DNA of 64,000 bases from Bigelowiella natans CCMP2755 (taxonomy: Eukaryota > Protista > Cercozoa): NCBI GenBank assembly GCA_000320545.1, contig ADNK01001883.1:42036-106035 (forward strand). Direction: 5' to 3'. Position 1 is the first letter of the stretch. Each line of letters opens with the position of its first letter. Positions 52,014 through 64,000 of the stretch are shown here, one piece after another. The notes under the pieces are model-generated. The model made no database searches. It was given only the letters and a program-made list of their open reading frames with translations, and was not told the origin of the DNA. The translations under genes were made by a program, and so were the position numbers.

Positions 52014-53574
52014 CATCCGTGCTCTTTCTCAGGGCTATTGTTGACGTGACAAGCGTCGATGAGAAGACGTTGGGCAGCTTGGATTTCGTTGGGTCTCTTT
52101 CGGCATGGCTGGTCAAGAATCAGCCCATCTCCCTCGCTGTGAACGGGGATGCACATCCTTACGACTTTGCGAGGTAGTGGCAGTGGTAGATTAACTATCA
52201 CCAAATTCTTGGTGATCTTTTAAAGGGAATAATGGTAGCTGCACTGTGTTATTGTTGTTGTTATTTTTGTTATTATTGTTTTTACTATTATTGTTATTAT
52301 TGTTGTTGTTACTCAGGGCTCTGTTTGAGAAGTCGGGGCTGGTGGTTTACACAGTCGGCAGCAACGAAAACCCGGCCTTGACGGCGCAGGCGCGGCCGCA
52401 GGATGGAGAGATCTTTGGCGAGCTGCCTCCGAGGAAGGAACTCAATACGTATGAAAGGGGGAGGGGGAGGGGAGCGGGGGGGGAGAGATAAATGGATACT
52501 TTTTTTACGTGATAGAAGTAGTACTTTGGAGAACGGCGACCAATGAGTGAAAGTAAATTATGAAACAGTAGGAAATATCAGCAAGAACATTGCTGGAATA
52601 GTTGTAGCTCCACCGCCACTAACACACTCCTAGCGTTGTTTCTGGAGTAACATAACCATTCCATCAATGTCCACAGCTCTCATCCATGATATCGTAGGTA
52701 CACAAAGTTCCCGATGATAGTCCCCTCCCCGTCCGCAGCATATAATACGAATTACTCCGCGAATTTTCTTGAGGCGAAGGCGGCTAAGGGCAGCACAGGA
52801 GATAGCTATTTGGGTGTGATGATGAAGAAGCAGCCGCTCCTCAAGGCGCTAATAGACCCGCTTTCAAAGCAAGCGAAGGGTTATGCTACTGTTATGGCTG
52901 AATACCTGAAAGAAGCGTGTGATAATGGCCCTCGGGAGGGTCTTGGCTCAAGGACCTCCCTCTACGGATTGCAGGTTAGTAAGAAATATGACGACAATAT
53001 TTGAGAGGCTGCTGCAGGGAGGGAGCATTTGTCGCATGATAACGTTGATGCTTGTTTTGTCGCAGCATGTCTAACTCGAGCATTTCATCCTTTCCCAATT
53101 ATGCATATCATCATCCACTTATTAGTTTTTTGGCCCATCCTTTCTCGCTCCTTCTTTCTCTTTCTCTCACTTCCTCCCTCCCTTAAAAAGCGGCCACCTC
53201 TTGGAACAGAAACGATTGTCCGCGCAGATAAAGATACGCCTTACGACTCTGTCGTCCTCTCCCTACTGCCTTTCTTGCTGACGAACGCAAAGGACCAGGT
53301 CATCCTTTCTGTTGATAAGAAGAGCAACGTCTTCTCCCATGCCATCGTGAAGGTAGTTGAACAAGACACAGAGGCTTTTGAGCGATCGATCTCTGCGGCT
53401 AACTGCTACAATGTAGTAGAGCCGCAGCATCACCAGGTCAATAGTTTTCCTATCATTAGCCATTTTGTCTCGAAACTCCTACTCTTCGGCCATGTGAAGT
53501 CGACTACAGAAAACGACCGTCAGTTTGTTGACGCGTTCTCCAAGTCTTCTAAGTGGCTCAAAATGCTCGATTGA
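48723..53574 (+). CDS. Divergent aldehyde dehydrogenase-superfamily protein with mitochondrial-like presequence, multi-exon
   Basis: [16 protein letters not shown] presequence. Core motifs: [28 protein letters not shown] (Rossmann), [15 protein letters not shown] (catalytic Cys), EIFGELP. Stop at 53574. Confidence 0.8.
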
Positions 53575-54141
53575 GGACCCGAAGAGGGAGATCTAGATCG
53601 AGAATAAATTGTCGACAGAAATACCGATCTATAGTGTGACGACGGACAGCTACATGCGCATGGTCAAGTCGATCTGTGCGTGCTTCCCAAACATTCTTAA
53701 TTAGGCTTTTCCTTGAGCATGCATGCATTCGTTTGTTTTGACATAATAAACAATTTTTGTCTCTGGTAATTTAACGGACACAATGCGATGTATTACGTTA
53801 TATATCTAGATATGCTCATAATGTATAATAGTCGATTTCAGGCTCAACATCTATATGCCTAGCATACGACACACCCATCCCAATGCGTCGTGAGTGTCAG
53901 TAAAATATATGCACAAGCGCTGTCGCATATGTATAGGGGATGCCCTGCGCATCAGTCTTATAGTCTGCTAGATTCAAAAGACAGTGCGTGCGATGCATAC
54001 AGAAGATCATAAACGGGTGTATATTGCGACATGTGAGCCTCACGTAGAAACATGTTGCATTTTTAGAACTGACTGGCGATATCTAGATGTCTAGATCCGG
54101 AGTTATCAACATGTGCGTAGCCTAGAAGCTTTGCCTGCACA

Positions 54142-56242
54142 TCAGACGCCAAATACTGCACGTTGAAGAAGATGATCGCTCGGTTCGGTATCTTTATTGG
54201 GGGTCCACAACTTCTGCTTCAAAGCCTCCTCCTTCGTTGGCATTCTCTGCATCCATTCGACCTTCACATCAGGCGACATGAACATGTGGTCCAACGCCCC
54301 AACAAATTCTTGCGTGTGGGTTGTCAGCTCTGGATGTTTTCCGAACCTTTTTGAACATGCAAATAGTAGGCATTCAACGACATGTGAGCAGGAGTAAATT
54401 TTTTTCATGCTACTTCAGTCCCTTCGGACCACCTTTTGCTCTTGATGCTCTCTCATCATTATCATCATCATTATCATCATCATCGTCAACATAGTCATCA
54501 TAACTATCACATGGTCTCATAGGCGGATTTGAGCTTGAAATGGTCGAGCGATTCCAGCACTTGAAAAGTAGCTGTTTGATTCTTCTTCCCTGATGCTGCG
54601 TCAACTTCGCTCCGCTTTGTCGTCATCGTCTTCGCTTTCCCGATCAGTTTTTCCTCATCGCCCCCACTTTCTTGAGTGGATGCAAATATCAGCTCAATCA
54701 TGTGGTTAGCGGGAATTTCTGTGCGAGATCTTACCCACTCGCGGGAGAGAAACATGTCGAACGAGTCCCTATTTTCTGGCTTTACATTCCAATCGCCGAC
54801 TATAATGGTGGGCAATGAAGGAGAGGAAGTTGCCTCGTTCTCAGCTTCCCCCCCTCTCATTCTCTTCTTACTTTCTGCCTCCTCCGATGCCGCTTTTGCT
54901 GCTGCAATCTGTGCCTGAATGTGCGTCTTCAACATCGAAAACTTCCTGATTGCTGTGAAAGCGTGGATGGCCATCATGTCGGCATCACCTCGTCTTTTCT
55001 TCTGTCTCTTTTTTATCACATCAGCTCCTCTTTGAGCTTCTCCGATCTTCTTTTCATTTTGGACTTGATCTTTGTTACATTCATTCTTCAGTGATATGCC
55101 TTCTTTGCTTACCTTCTTTGATTGCTTATTGCGAACTTCTCCTCCCTGCTCTTCTTTTCCGTCTCCTCCCACTTCCCCTTTCTCCTTCTTCTGGCTTGTT
55201 ACCGCATAGCTGGTTCGTTTATTCACATCCCAACCCCACAGCATCGGCATATGATATACGCCAAGAAGAAAATCACGAGGTGATTTCAGTTGCTGCCCCC
55301 TTTCAGCCTTCTCTTCTGTGGTTTCTCTATTTTCATTATCTCCATTTGCTGTAAGGATTCTCAGCGGTAGGAGGATGATGGGTTTTTTCTTAGTCTTTTC
55401 GACCACTTTGTACATCTTTAGGATTTCAGAAACTGAAAAGTGCTGCGATGCACCTCCATCGGCCATGGGTCCCTTCAGTAAGTTTTCTACTGCCGTCTCG
55501 GCGGGAGCAAGGACGTCCTCATAGCCCTGGAGTGGGTAAGATCGGGGACAGCCTGTTTTACGAACCTGTTTCATTGCCTCTTCAATGTTTGATGTGGGAA
55601 AGAAGTTGGACTGTTTAACGCATTCCAAGACTGCATATCGCTCGGAAGGATATGCTAAGGTCAAGCCGTTATAGCCTCGGTGTGGGGTGGAGCTGGCAGT
55701 TAAAAGAGGGGTGGTTAGGAAAGCGTACGTATATCAATGCAGGAGACAATACAGGGATAAATGGTACTGTATACTAAGGATGTTTGTGGTTAAGTTATAC
55801 TGCCACATGCGTGCGTGAATAGTATGAGGTATAGGAACCCTGGATCGAAGAGCATTGTATAGTTCCTTTTTGCAAAAAATTTCTCCAGCATCTTTGCCCA
55901 TGACTCCTGAACCTCGGACATGCAGATAATCGGCCTTCCAGCACCCCTCTCTGACCTTATCTCCTCATCAAGCTTAGCCTCTAGACGCTTATACCGTGCC
56001 TTAGCCTCGAAGATTTCGATAAATTTGGCGAATCGTCCCGTTTCAGATGCGGGGATGGCCTTGTCGTAGCGGTCCGTATCTCCGAATGCCTCCCGCCAGT
56101 CATGTTGAACAAACTTTTTCATCTTATGGAGAAAGGCAGGGCTACCATCCTCTAGCGTGGTTTGGTTGGGCTCGAAGTCAGGATCCCAGGTGAGGCCGAA
56201 GAGGACGTTGTAAAACACGACGTCTACGAGACGCTTCGTCAT
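54142..56242 (-). CDS. Endonuclease/exonuclease/phosphatase (EEP) family protein, CCR4/nocturnin/Angel-like, about 3 exons
   Basis: Motifs VVFYNVL, IICMSEVQE, YNGLTLAYP, GVYHMP, IIVGDWN, LKSAY, FVGALDHMF and PSDHL occur in canonical EEP order. Confidence 0.88.
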
Positions 56243-56884
56243 TTGTCCAGCGGTAGATGTCTACGAGGCTCGAAATTCGAATAAAATCACGTGGAATGAT
56301 TTCCTGCGACATGGAAAAGATCCAGGAAATATAAAGATAGGTAATCTTAGATTCACGCTCAGAAGGATGATTCGCGACAACGAGTTCCCCCAAGTCGTAG
56401 GCTGCAAAATGTTGGAAGTCACGGAACTAAATGTTTCCAAGCATTTGCTGCTCCTTTTTTTATTTTGCTGATAAAAACGCACTGAAATTATCACAGGCGA
56501 CAACCATAAATCCTCGTCGCAATATCGAAATATTGCACTCACGATCTTCAGTCGCCGTCTCCTTCAGAGCGTAGGACCAGAGCGTAGGACTGCGGGTAAG
56601 CAGGTGTGTAGATCCATCCAGGAGATGTGTATAATTTTACGTCGATGGGAACCCTAAAGATCAGATGTGTATATATCATTTTGGAACTTTATGGCTATTT
56701 CTATCTCGATTCTCCATGCCAAAACACAAAATTCACATATGATGATACTACCCGTTCGGTCTTGATCTGAGCAAATTGTGACTTCCTCCTCCTACCTCAG
56801 GGGCATGTTCATCATCATCACCATTATCATCATCAATTATCATTGCTTGCCATTGTCGCCATTTTACATCATTATCCCCACAGC

Positions 56885-56997
56885 ATGGGACAGGCTGCGG
56901 GTTGCGCTGGATTGATGCGACAGCCTTACATAGACGTAACTTAGCGTATCTATCAAATCATGCTCGAAATATTTTATCCGTATCAGGAAAATGAAGA

Positions 56998-57082
<85 letters not shown>

Positions 57083-58360
57083 GAGAGAGAGAAAGAGATA
57101 GATGGCATTAAAACGTCCTCACGCCCCCTCCTTTTTTGTCTGGAAAATTAAGGCAAGAGAATGCCATCCTAATTTCCGACAGTGATTATAAGACGTGTAC
57201 TTATAAGACGTGTGCGTCATACACAAACGTGCACACACATGCACAAAAACACGGAGACAGAGACAGAGAGAGAGAAAGAGGGGGAATATGGGGGGGGGGG
57301 GGGTAGAGCGAACAACGGACGAGCGCCAATTCATATTCTTATTCGTGATTTAATTCCTCTTCACATGCCTTGAAAGGAGGATGAGGCTCCAGAGACTGAT
57401 AAGCGACCAAAGATAGTGCGCAGGCTATCGCTGATATCCGGCCTAGTCGACACAAAAGGGACTGATGACTTAACGAAAGCAGGATACAGGTAGTAGTAGC
57501 TTCGGGACGACGACGACGACGAAGAAGAAGAAGAAGAAGAAGAAGAAGAAGAAGAAGAAGGAGAAGGAGAAGGAGAGGAAAAAGACGAAGGAGAAACATG
57601 ACAACACTACAGAAAAACGCCGATGATTTCGTCCAGCAGCCGTTTCGCGCAAGAAAATCACTGATCATTGGTCTTGTTGCATATGCTATTCCGAATAATC
57701 CGATTTCCGTGACTAAGACATGGTCATCGCGTTGACGCCATGTTGTGCTTGTTTTTCATCAGCGATGATGCATTGAGCCCAGAAGAGAACAGAGCCAGAG
57801 GGAAAATGAACTGCGGTGTCCGTACGAAGAAAGGTATGTTGATCGATCCATTTAGAATTTAATGTGATTTCAATGCGTGATATGTACTCCATTCTTTCAC
57901 AAAATAACAATAAGGGTTCGTTCCCGGAAACCCTGGCAAAGTGAATCAAGACCGCTTCGTGGTGAAATGGGGCTTGCAAAAGAGAGACGGTAAAGAAGAA
58001 GAAGAAGAAGAAGAGTGACTGAATGACTGAGACGATAGTGAGAGCAAAAAAGAGGCAGAGAGAATCATCGAAAGATGGTAATAGCAAGTGTGGTTTGTAT
58101 ATCTTATTCCTTTTTCTCTCGCTCCAAAATACACCTACACACCTACACACCTACACACACATACACACACATTCCTTCATCATTTGGTTTGAAATTCACT
58201 CGTCATTACAATCCTGTGTTTTGCATACATACACAGACGTTTCCTTATTTGGAGCATTTGATGGTCTGGCAAGCATAACTGTCCCCCCCCCCCCCCTCAA
58301 CCCCTTCTCCTTCAGAACCTCACAACTTTTTAAAATCCATCTTTAACGATGCTGTGTCTC

Positions 58361-58392
<32 letters not shown>

Positions 58393-58679
58393 TCATCATC
58401 ATTTAAAGGCCACGGGCCTGTTGGCCAAGAGATATCTCAATACGTCGCGACGAATCTACCAATTTACCTAGAGAACCAAGAGAATTTGGTAATACGGTCA
58501 AATAAGAGCCGGCGAAACAATCGTCAGCCTATATAGGGACACACTAGCGCCACTAGCAGCTCTGTGGTGATGCTAATGAATGATGATGATTATGATGATG
58601 ATGATGATCAGCTCTCCGACCCGAAAAAGGCCATAATGGAGGCCACCGCCAAGCTCTGCGCAAGGTCAGTTAAGGAATG

Positions 58680-58721
<42 letters not shown>

Positions 58722-59086
58722 CGCAAACACACACACGCACACACACCGCATTTGATCAATCCTCCTCATTCTTCCTGCTGCTCTGCACTTTGCAAATAAA
58801 ATAGACTGAAGGTGGAAAAGAAGGACGCCAGTAGATTCAGTGGCACAACGGCTGTGTTTGCCATCAAGATCCAGAACAAAATATACACCGCCAACATCGG
58901 CGATTCGAGGTCGATTACTTTGAGTTGGACTTTCTCGATCGTGTCATTTTCTCTTCGCCGATAATGCTTCTGCATTGATTTCTTCGTTGGTTTACCGTCA
59001 TTAGGAGTGTGCTCTGCACGCGCGTGGGGTCGGACTCGTTCCAGAGCATCGCCCTCAGTAAGGAGAAGATTCGAGACAACGACGAT

Positions 59087-59118
<32 letters not shown>

Positions 59119-59472
59119 ACAATGCTTTCCTCTACTACATCTATAACATGATGATGGTGGTGGTGGGGGTAACGACAAGTTTACCTTATCCCTCTGCAGG
59201 CGAAGATCATAAGCCTGAGACCCCGTCAGAGAAGAAGCGAATCCTTGCCGCGGGTAATGGAACAATGGTGGTGGTGGTGGTGGTGGTGATCATAATGGTA
59301 GCGACGAGAGCGGCGGTCGTTATCAGAATAAAACCCTTTGAGAAGCTGACTGTGTCTATCGTAAGACCGTATCGTCATGCCAGCGCTTTGCATTTCGGGA
59401 TAATGATGATACTGGCAGTAGGGGAGGGGGAGGGATGTTGACCAACACGTCACCTCGCTACCATCATCATTA

Positions 59473-59504
<32 letters not shown>

Positions 59505-61129
59505 ACAATAACTTTAATTTTAGGAGGACGTGTGCATGCTCTAAAGGGCTTTTATGGACCCGCCGGTAAGAGAGATATATGTATTAGGAAAAGAGAAGAA
59601 CGACGATCCATCGGCAGCATTCGTAGAAACAGGAAGGAGCGCACTCATGAAAATAGAGGATGCGAATATATGCGATTCTTCGATCCTCCTCTTCTCCTAA
59701 TCCTCCTCTTCCTATCCCCCCCCTCTTCCTCCTTACCACTTATCTTCCCGCTTATTAAAAAAAAAGGCCCAGAAAGAGTCTGGCTAAAAACGCAAGATAT
59801 TCCCGGTAGATACTTTTTATTATGCTTGGAGTCGCACGGCAGAAGCACCAATGGCTTATAATGATGCTGGCTTGAGTCATCGTTGCTTCTCAATACCTTG
59901 TTTTGCTTCGAAATTATTGGGGAGAGAATAGAATTATCACAAAAAAAAGGAAAAGGGGAGAGCGACTGGAAACGAATGTCGTTATATTGTGATCGATCTC
60001 CGTCGTCATCGTTGTCTTCTTCCTTCTTCTTCGTCCTCGCCATCAGTCTCATCATCATTATCATCATCACCATCATCTATCCGTCCGCATTCATCGTCGT
60101 GCATCATATGTGTAGGTCTTGCAATGTCTCGGTCTATCGGCGACGGGCTAGCACATACCGTCGGGGTATGAACACGATGATGATGACGATGATGATGATG
60201 ACGAAAGATGATGATGATGATGATGAGTGACAATGATGAAGATTGCCATCACATATATCTCGATAGCCGAAGAACATGTGTGTTGCGTGGCAGATATGCT
60301 TCTTACAGCGGCCTGTGCGCCTCGGATCATTGATAAGAAGAACAACCACTGACAAGTGCGGCGGCGTGTCTCGTCGTCGTTGTCGTCGTCGTCTTCGTTG
60401 TTGTTGTTGTTGTTGTTGTTGCTTGTGTAGGTTCTAGATGTGCCCACCATAACAGAGTATGAAGTCAGCAGCTTGGACAAGTTTGTTGTCTGGGCATCGG
60501 ACGGGGTAGGAAGAAGAAGAAGAAGAAGAAGAAGAAGAAGAAGAAGAAAGGAAGGAAGAAAGAAAGAAAGAGCCGTGATGAGAAGCAGCAGCAGCAGTCC
60601 ATCATTAGCACCCATCAGCAGCGGCAGTAGGAGCATAACATCGACAGCTTAATAGACATCGAGAAAGAAGGAAAGCATGAAAATTATAGATTATTTGAAA
60701 ACTACATTTTGGGAAAGAGCACAAAGGGAATGAAATACACTTCTTATCAACTTAATTTCCGCTCTGTAAATCCTGAGATTTGATCTCATCTGCAACTATG
60801 TTCCAATGATGTGCTTCTCTGTATCTTGCCTTTCTTCGATCGATTCAACGCAGGTGTGGGACTTCATGCCGAATCACGAAATAGGTGCTTTGCCAACAGC
60901 AGGCATATAGATTAAAGACACATGCACACACAAAACCAAACGTCACTACCATCATCGCCGTCCAAATGTTCATCCTCCCCAAATCCATCACAGGACATTT
61001 CTGCAGTAAATACGCGCCGGATATGGACGCGGCCGCAGCAGCCATTGTGAAAAGAGCGTGCTCTTTGTGGGAGAAAAATGAACAGGTGCTATCTGCTATG
61101 TTCCCATACAGAATCCCTCTATCTTCCTA

Positions 61130-61162
<33 letters not shown>

Positions 61163-61348
61163 CATATAATCGAGAGGTCATCATCACCGTCATAACATTA
61201 GACCGGTGTCTCAGTGTCCCGCCATTCTTCGCCCCACAACGGCTATTTTTGTTTTTTCCATTGGCGCTGATATACCTTTCCTCTTTGTGCTCGCTAGGTT
61301 GTGGACGACATCACCATCGTCGCTTTACAGTTGCACGGCCTAGATTGA
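56885..61348 (+). CDS. PP2C/PPM protein phosphatase with N-terminal acylation motif, intron-rich
   Basis: Starts MGQAAGC. Spliced motifs: NQDRF, FGAFDGHG, SGTTA, ANIGDSR, DHKP, GRV, RVWL..PGLAMSRSIGD, WASDGVWD, DDITIV. Stop at 61346-61348. Confidence 0.93.
57004..57078. repeat. (GA)n microsatellite, representative of dozens of intronic (GA)n/(CA)n/(TA)n/(GAT)n/(TAC)n/(GAA)n tracts
   Basis: Directly visible in the sequence. Confidence 0.95.
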
Positions 61349-62219
61349 GCAAAGGAGACGTAGGAGGAGAAATAGGGAGGGGCGGAGCCGATCAGCAGCT
61401 TTAGCACGCAAAGAATACGAGTTCGGTGATACATTTTGAAGTATTGGTAATAAATAAAACATGTTTCAACTAAGAAGAAATATAGCTGGCTGCCCCCGCC
61501 ACAGCGTAATGCCTCCTATCTAGGACGCTCAGTCTAGGTGGTGTGATGATAAGAAAGAGGGCAGTTTGGAGCTACTAATTTGCCCATCAATTCTGCCGTT
61601 TGGTATCGATAATAAGACAATATCTCGGCTGCTTGCGAGCTATGCTATTTTGAGCCTCCGCTGCCTTGTGAGCCATCCTCCCATGGATAGATGTGAGCTT
61701 TCATTTAAACAGAGAGATCTTTAGATGTTCTCTTAAGCTGTCCAGATCGCCAGTCTAGAAAGCTGGTGAATATATCGACAACCTCATTACAACATATATA
61801 TACGCTTTGCGTTTCGCTGGATCGGACGTGTGATCATGCTGAATAGCGTAGCATCATATAGGCTATATATATATATATATATACTATATACTATATACTA
61901 TATGTGGCGATAGAGCAGCAGCCGTGATCGCAAATGCCTATTCTAGTTCTAAAAAGTGTGCTAGTAGCACGCAGAGTAATGCACGGCAACATAACAGCAG
62001 TAGCGGACAATGCTAGTGATAATTGTATGGATGTGTGAGCAAAAAGATGACACACGTTGCGGTGTACATAATGCGGTGTACATAATGCATGTGCGTAGAA
62101 GATGTACAACTTCCTTGTTGTGGCTTGACAATAGACTTACGTGCTTACATAACAACAGTTATATTTTGAGCACCATAGCCAGAAACATATATGATGATTG
62201 CTCGGTCGAATAATTAACT

Positions 62220-62639
62220 CTACGCAAATGAGTGTATCGTTGCGGTGTGGTTGACCCTATTTGTTCGTTCCCATTCTTCTAGACTCTGTTTGAAAACTAT
62301 AGACACTCGGGGGCCCATGGGGAAATCGCCATCTCTTCTACTCTCTTGTTGCTGCTGTCGCTGCTGTGGTCGCTGGGTGGCTGCTACAGTGCTGCTGTAA
62401 TCATCGTTTGAGCTCTGCTCCGTTCGAATAGAGTGCTGATATCGTTCTTGGCAGTCGGCGTACATGATCTGATGACGTTTAGAAGTGGGAAAGAATGGTG
62501 TTTGTACTATTTTATGACGGCGAGTTGCACTGAAAGAATGATCAACGAATGAATCGAAATACTATGCAGACCCAGCAACAATTGAAACTAACGGGCCAAA
62601 AAAGCAAATATATGATTGCATGAACAAATAAAAGACACG

Positions 62640-62709
<70 letters not shown>

Positions 62710-63078
62710 AATACCCTAAAAATTAATTGATAAATATTTAACTACCACAATATCTCCTGCGCTTACATAGAATTGGTGGCGCTTGGAGTGGTCGTTCATC
62801 TAAAGTTGGAATGTTAATGCGAATCGTCAAAAATATTACTTCTAACAGTAATTTCGATATTAGGAATTGCACAGATACGATGCATGTGCAGAACCTTTCC
62901 TCTTCAATTCTCTATGGTGGGGCTCCAATAATTTATAGTACGTTTTGAGTTAATTTTGGTTATTGTTATTGTTGTTGTTGTTGTTGTTGGTGGTGGTGGT
63001 GTGTCATGATACAAACCTGGCGCATAATGAACAGCCTCGTATCTCCTACCAGTTAAGTTGAAATCAACCATGTACGCA

Positions 63079-63121
<43 letters not shown>

Positions 63122-63293
63122 GTATCGCAATGGCAACAAGAAGCACGCACACCTGCGGAAACCACGACAGAATTTGTGGACCACAACGTGTTTTGGTCTG
63201 GATCGGCATGAAACCTTACGTGAAGAATATCACAATTGTAGTAGTAGTAGTAGTAGTAGTAGAAGAAGAAGAAGAAGAAGAAGTAGTAGCGGC

Positions 63294-63327
<34 letters not shown>

Positions 63328-64000
63328 CCCTCAGTGAGTATGAGTGTCGTTTGTCTAGAGAACACAACATCATCGTCATCATCATTAATCATCATCATCA
63401 TCAATCATCATCATTAATCGTCTCCTTCCATTCGGCAAAGACACACATATTATTGCTGTTTCACATGAGCAGCGTGCACGCACCTCATTCCGCTTCTGGA
63501 GTCGGGATAAAGGTTGATAAGCGCACAGTCATACCGAACGCTGGTCCGCCGATATATCTCATCTCGCAACTTGCGACACACAAACACCCACACACACGCA
63601 CGCACGCACACGCACACACACACGCAAACACACGCACACACATACACAAACACACACGTATGATTTCTGTTGCCGTGTGTTGTCATGATGCTACAACGCA
63701 GCTGCTGGCAGTCTTCGTGCTGTACCCTCTCGATCGTAGGCGTCATCTCCATCGGTTCCATAATTTTCCCACTATATCTAAAATGGTGTACGAGGATGGT
63801 AGTGATGGTGAGGATGCAAGCTTAAGAAGGCGAAGAAAATTGAATAAATTGGTATTCTTCGATAATAGCATACATAGCATACTCAAATGGCTTGTTTGAA
63901 TCGGACTGCCAAGCTGTCATTCGCCTTTCTTTAATCCTTTTGCCTCCAAGGTTCAGCTGAGAAAATGAGATGAGTCGGAATGTATACATTCACAGAGCCC
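62220..64000 (-). CDS. AlkB-family 2OG-Fe(II) dioxygenase (ALKBH2/3-like), 3' part; 5' end lies beyond the window
   Basis: Spliced ERRMTAWQS, YSGKIMEP, YDCALINLYPDSRSGMRFHADPDQ (HxD), YQHSI (distal His) and RVSIVFK (2OG-binding Arg). Stop at 62220. Confidence 0.88.

Noticed and set aside
758-56295. ACGTG/G-box motifs in several divergent promoters
   Set aside because: About one 5-mer hit per few hundred bp is expected by chance, and two promoters lack it.
56566-56591. 13-bp direct repeat CAGAGCGTAGGAC x2 in the EEP/PP2C promoter (similar short duplications at ~20083 and ~62059)
   Set aside because: Short slippage-type duplications are common in this sequence, and nothing supports a function.
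7200-63900. Many ORF-track entries with poly-V/C/Y-I/E-R/H-T runs and antisense ORFs
   Set aside because: These are translations of intronic microsatellites or shadows of real exons on the other strand.

Overview
This is eukaryotic nuclear DNA with GT-AG spliceosomal introns, the standard genetic code and microsatellite-rich introns. One gene has a bipartite (signal + transit peptide) plastid presequence, which suggests an alga with a secondary plastid; chlorarachniophyte-like is my inference and is not established. About 16 distinct genes can be read by manual exon joining: FHA protein (partial), an intronless SAM-Gbeta WD40 gene (present twice through an apparently exact 2,880-bp tandem duplication), a large acylated Clu-domain+LRR protein, F-box+RING-CH membrane protein, intronless multi-cold-shock-domain protein, class C GPCR with an OpuAC/ProX-like ectodomain, plastid fibrillin+lipase fusion, two head-to-head TLC-domain genes, PIF1 helicase, intronless BPL_N/GATase-like protein, an unknown gene, a divergent ALDH, a CCR4-like EEP, PP2C and an AlkB-family dioxygenase (partial). 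Three observations stand out beyond the gene list. (1) Genes alternate strand almost perfectly: short divergent promoters alternate with ~0.6-1.5 kb convergent spacers. (2) The convergent spacers carry a YpR/CTAG-rich signature, and the one junction that breaks the alternation holds a 770-bp tract almost purged of TpA except in CTA/TAG context, suggesting a context-specific hypermutation process acting on silent DNA. (3) The Gbeta keeps its Galpha-contact residues but has a SAM-like domain instead of the Ggamma-binding helix. Exon boundaries were inferred by eye, so termini are approximate where stated.
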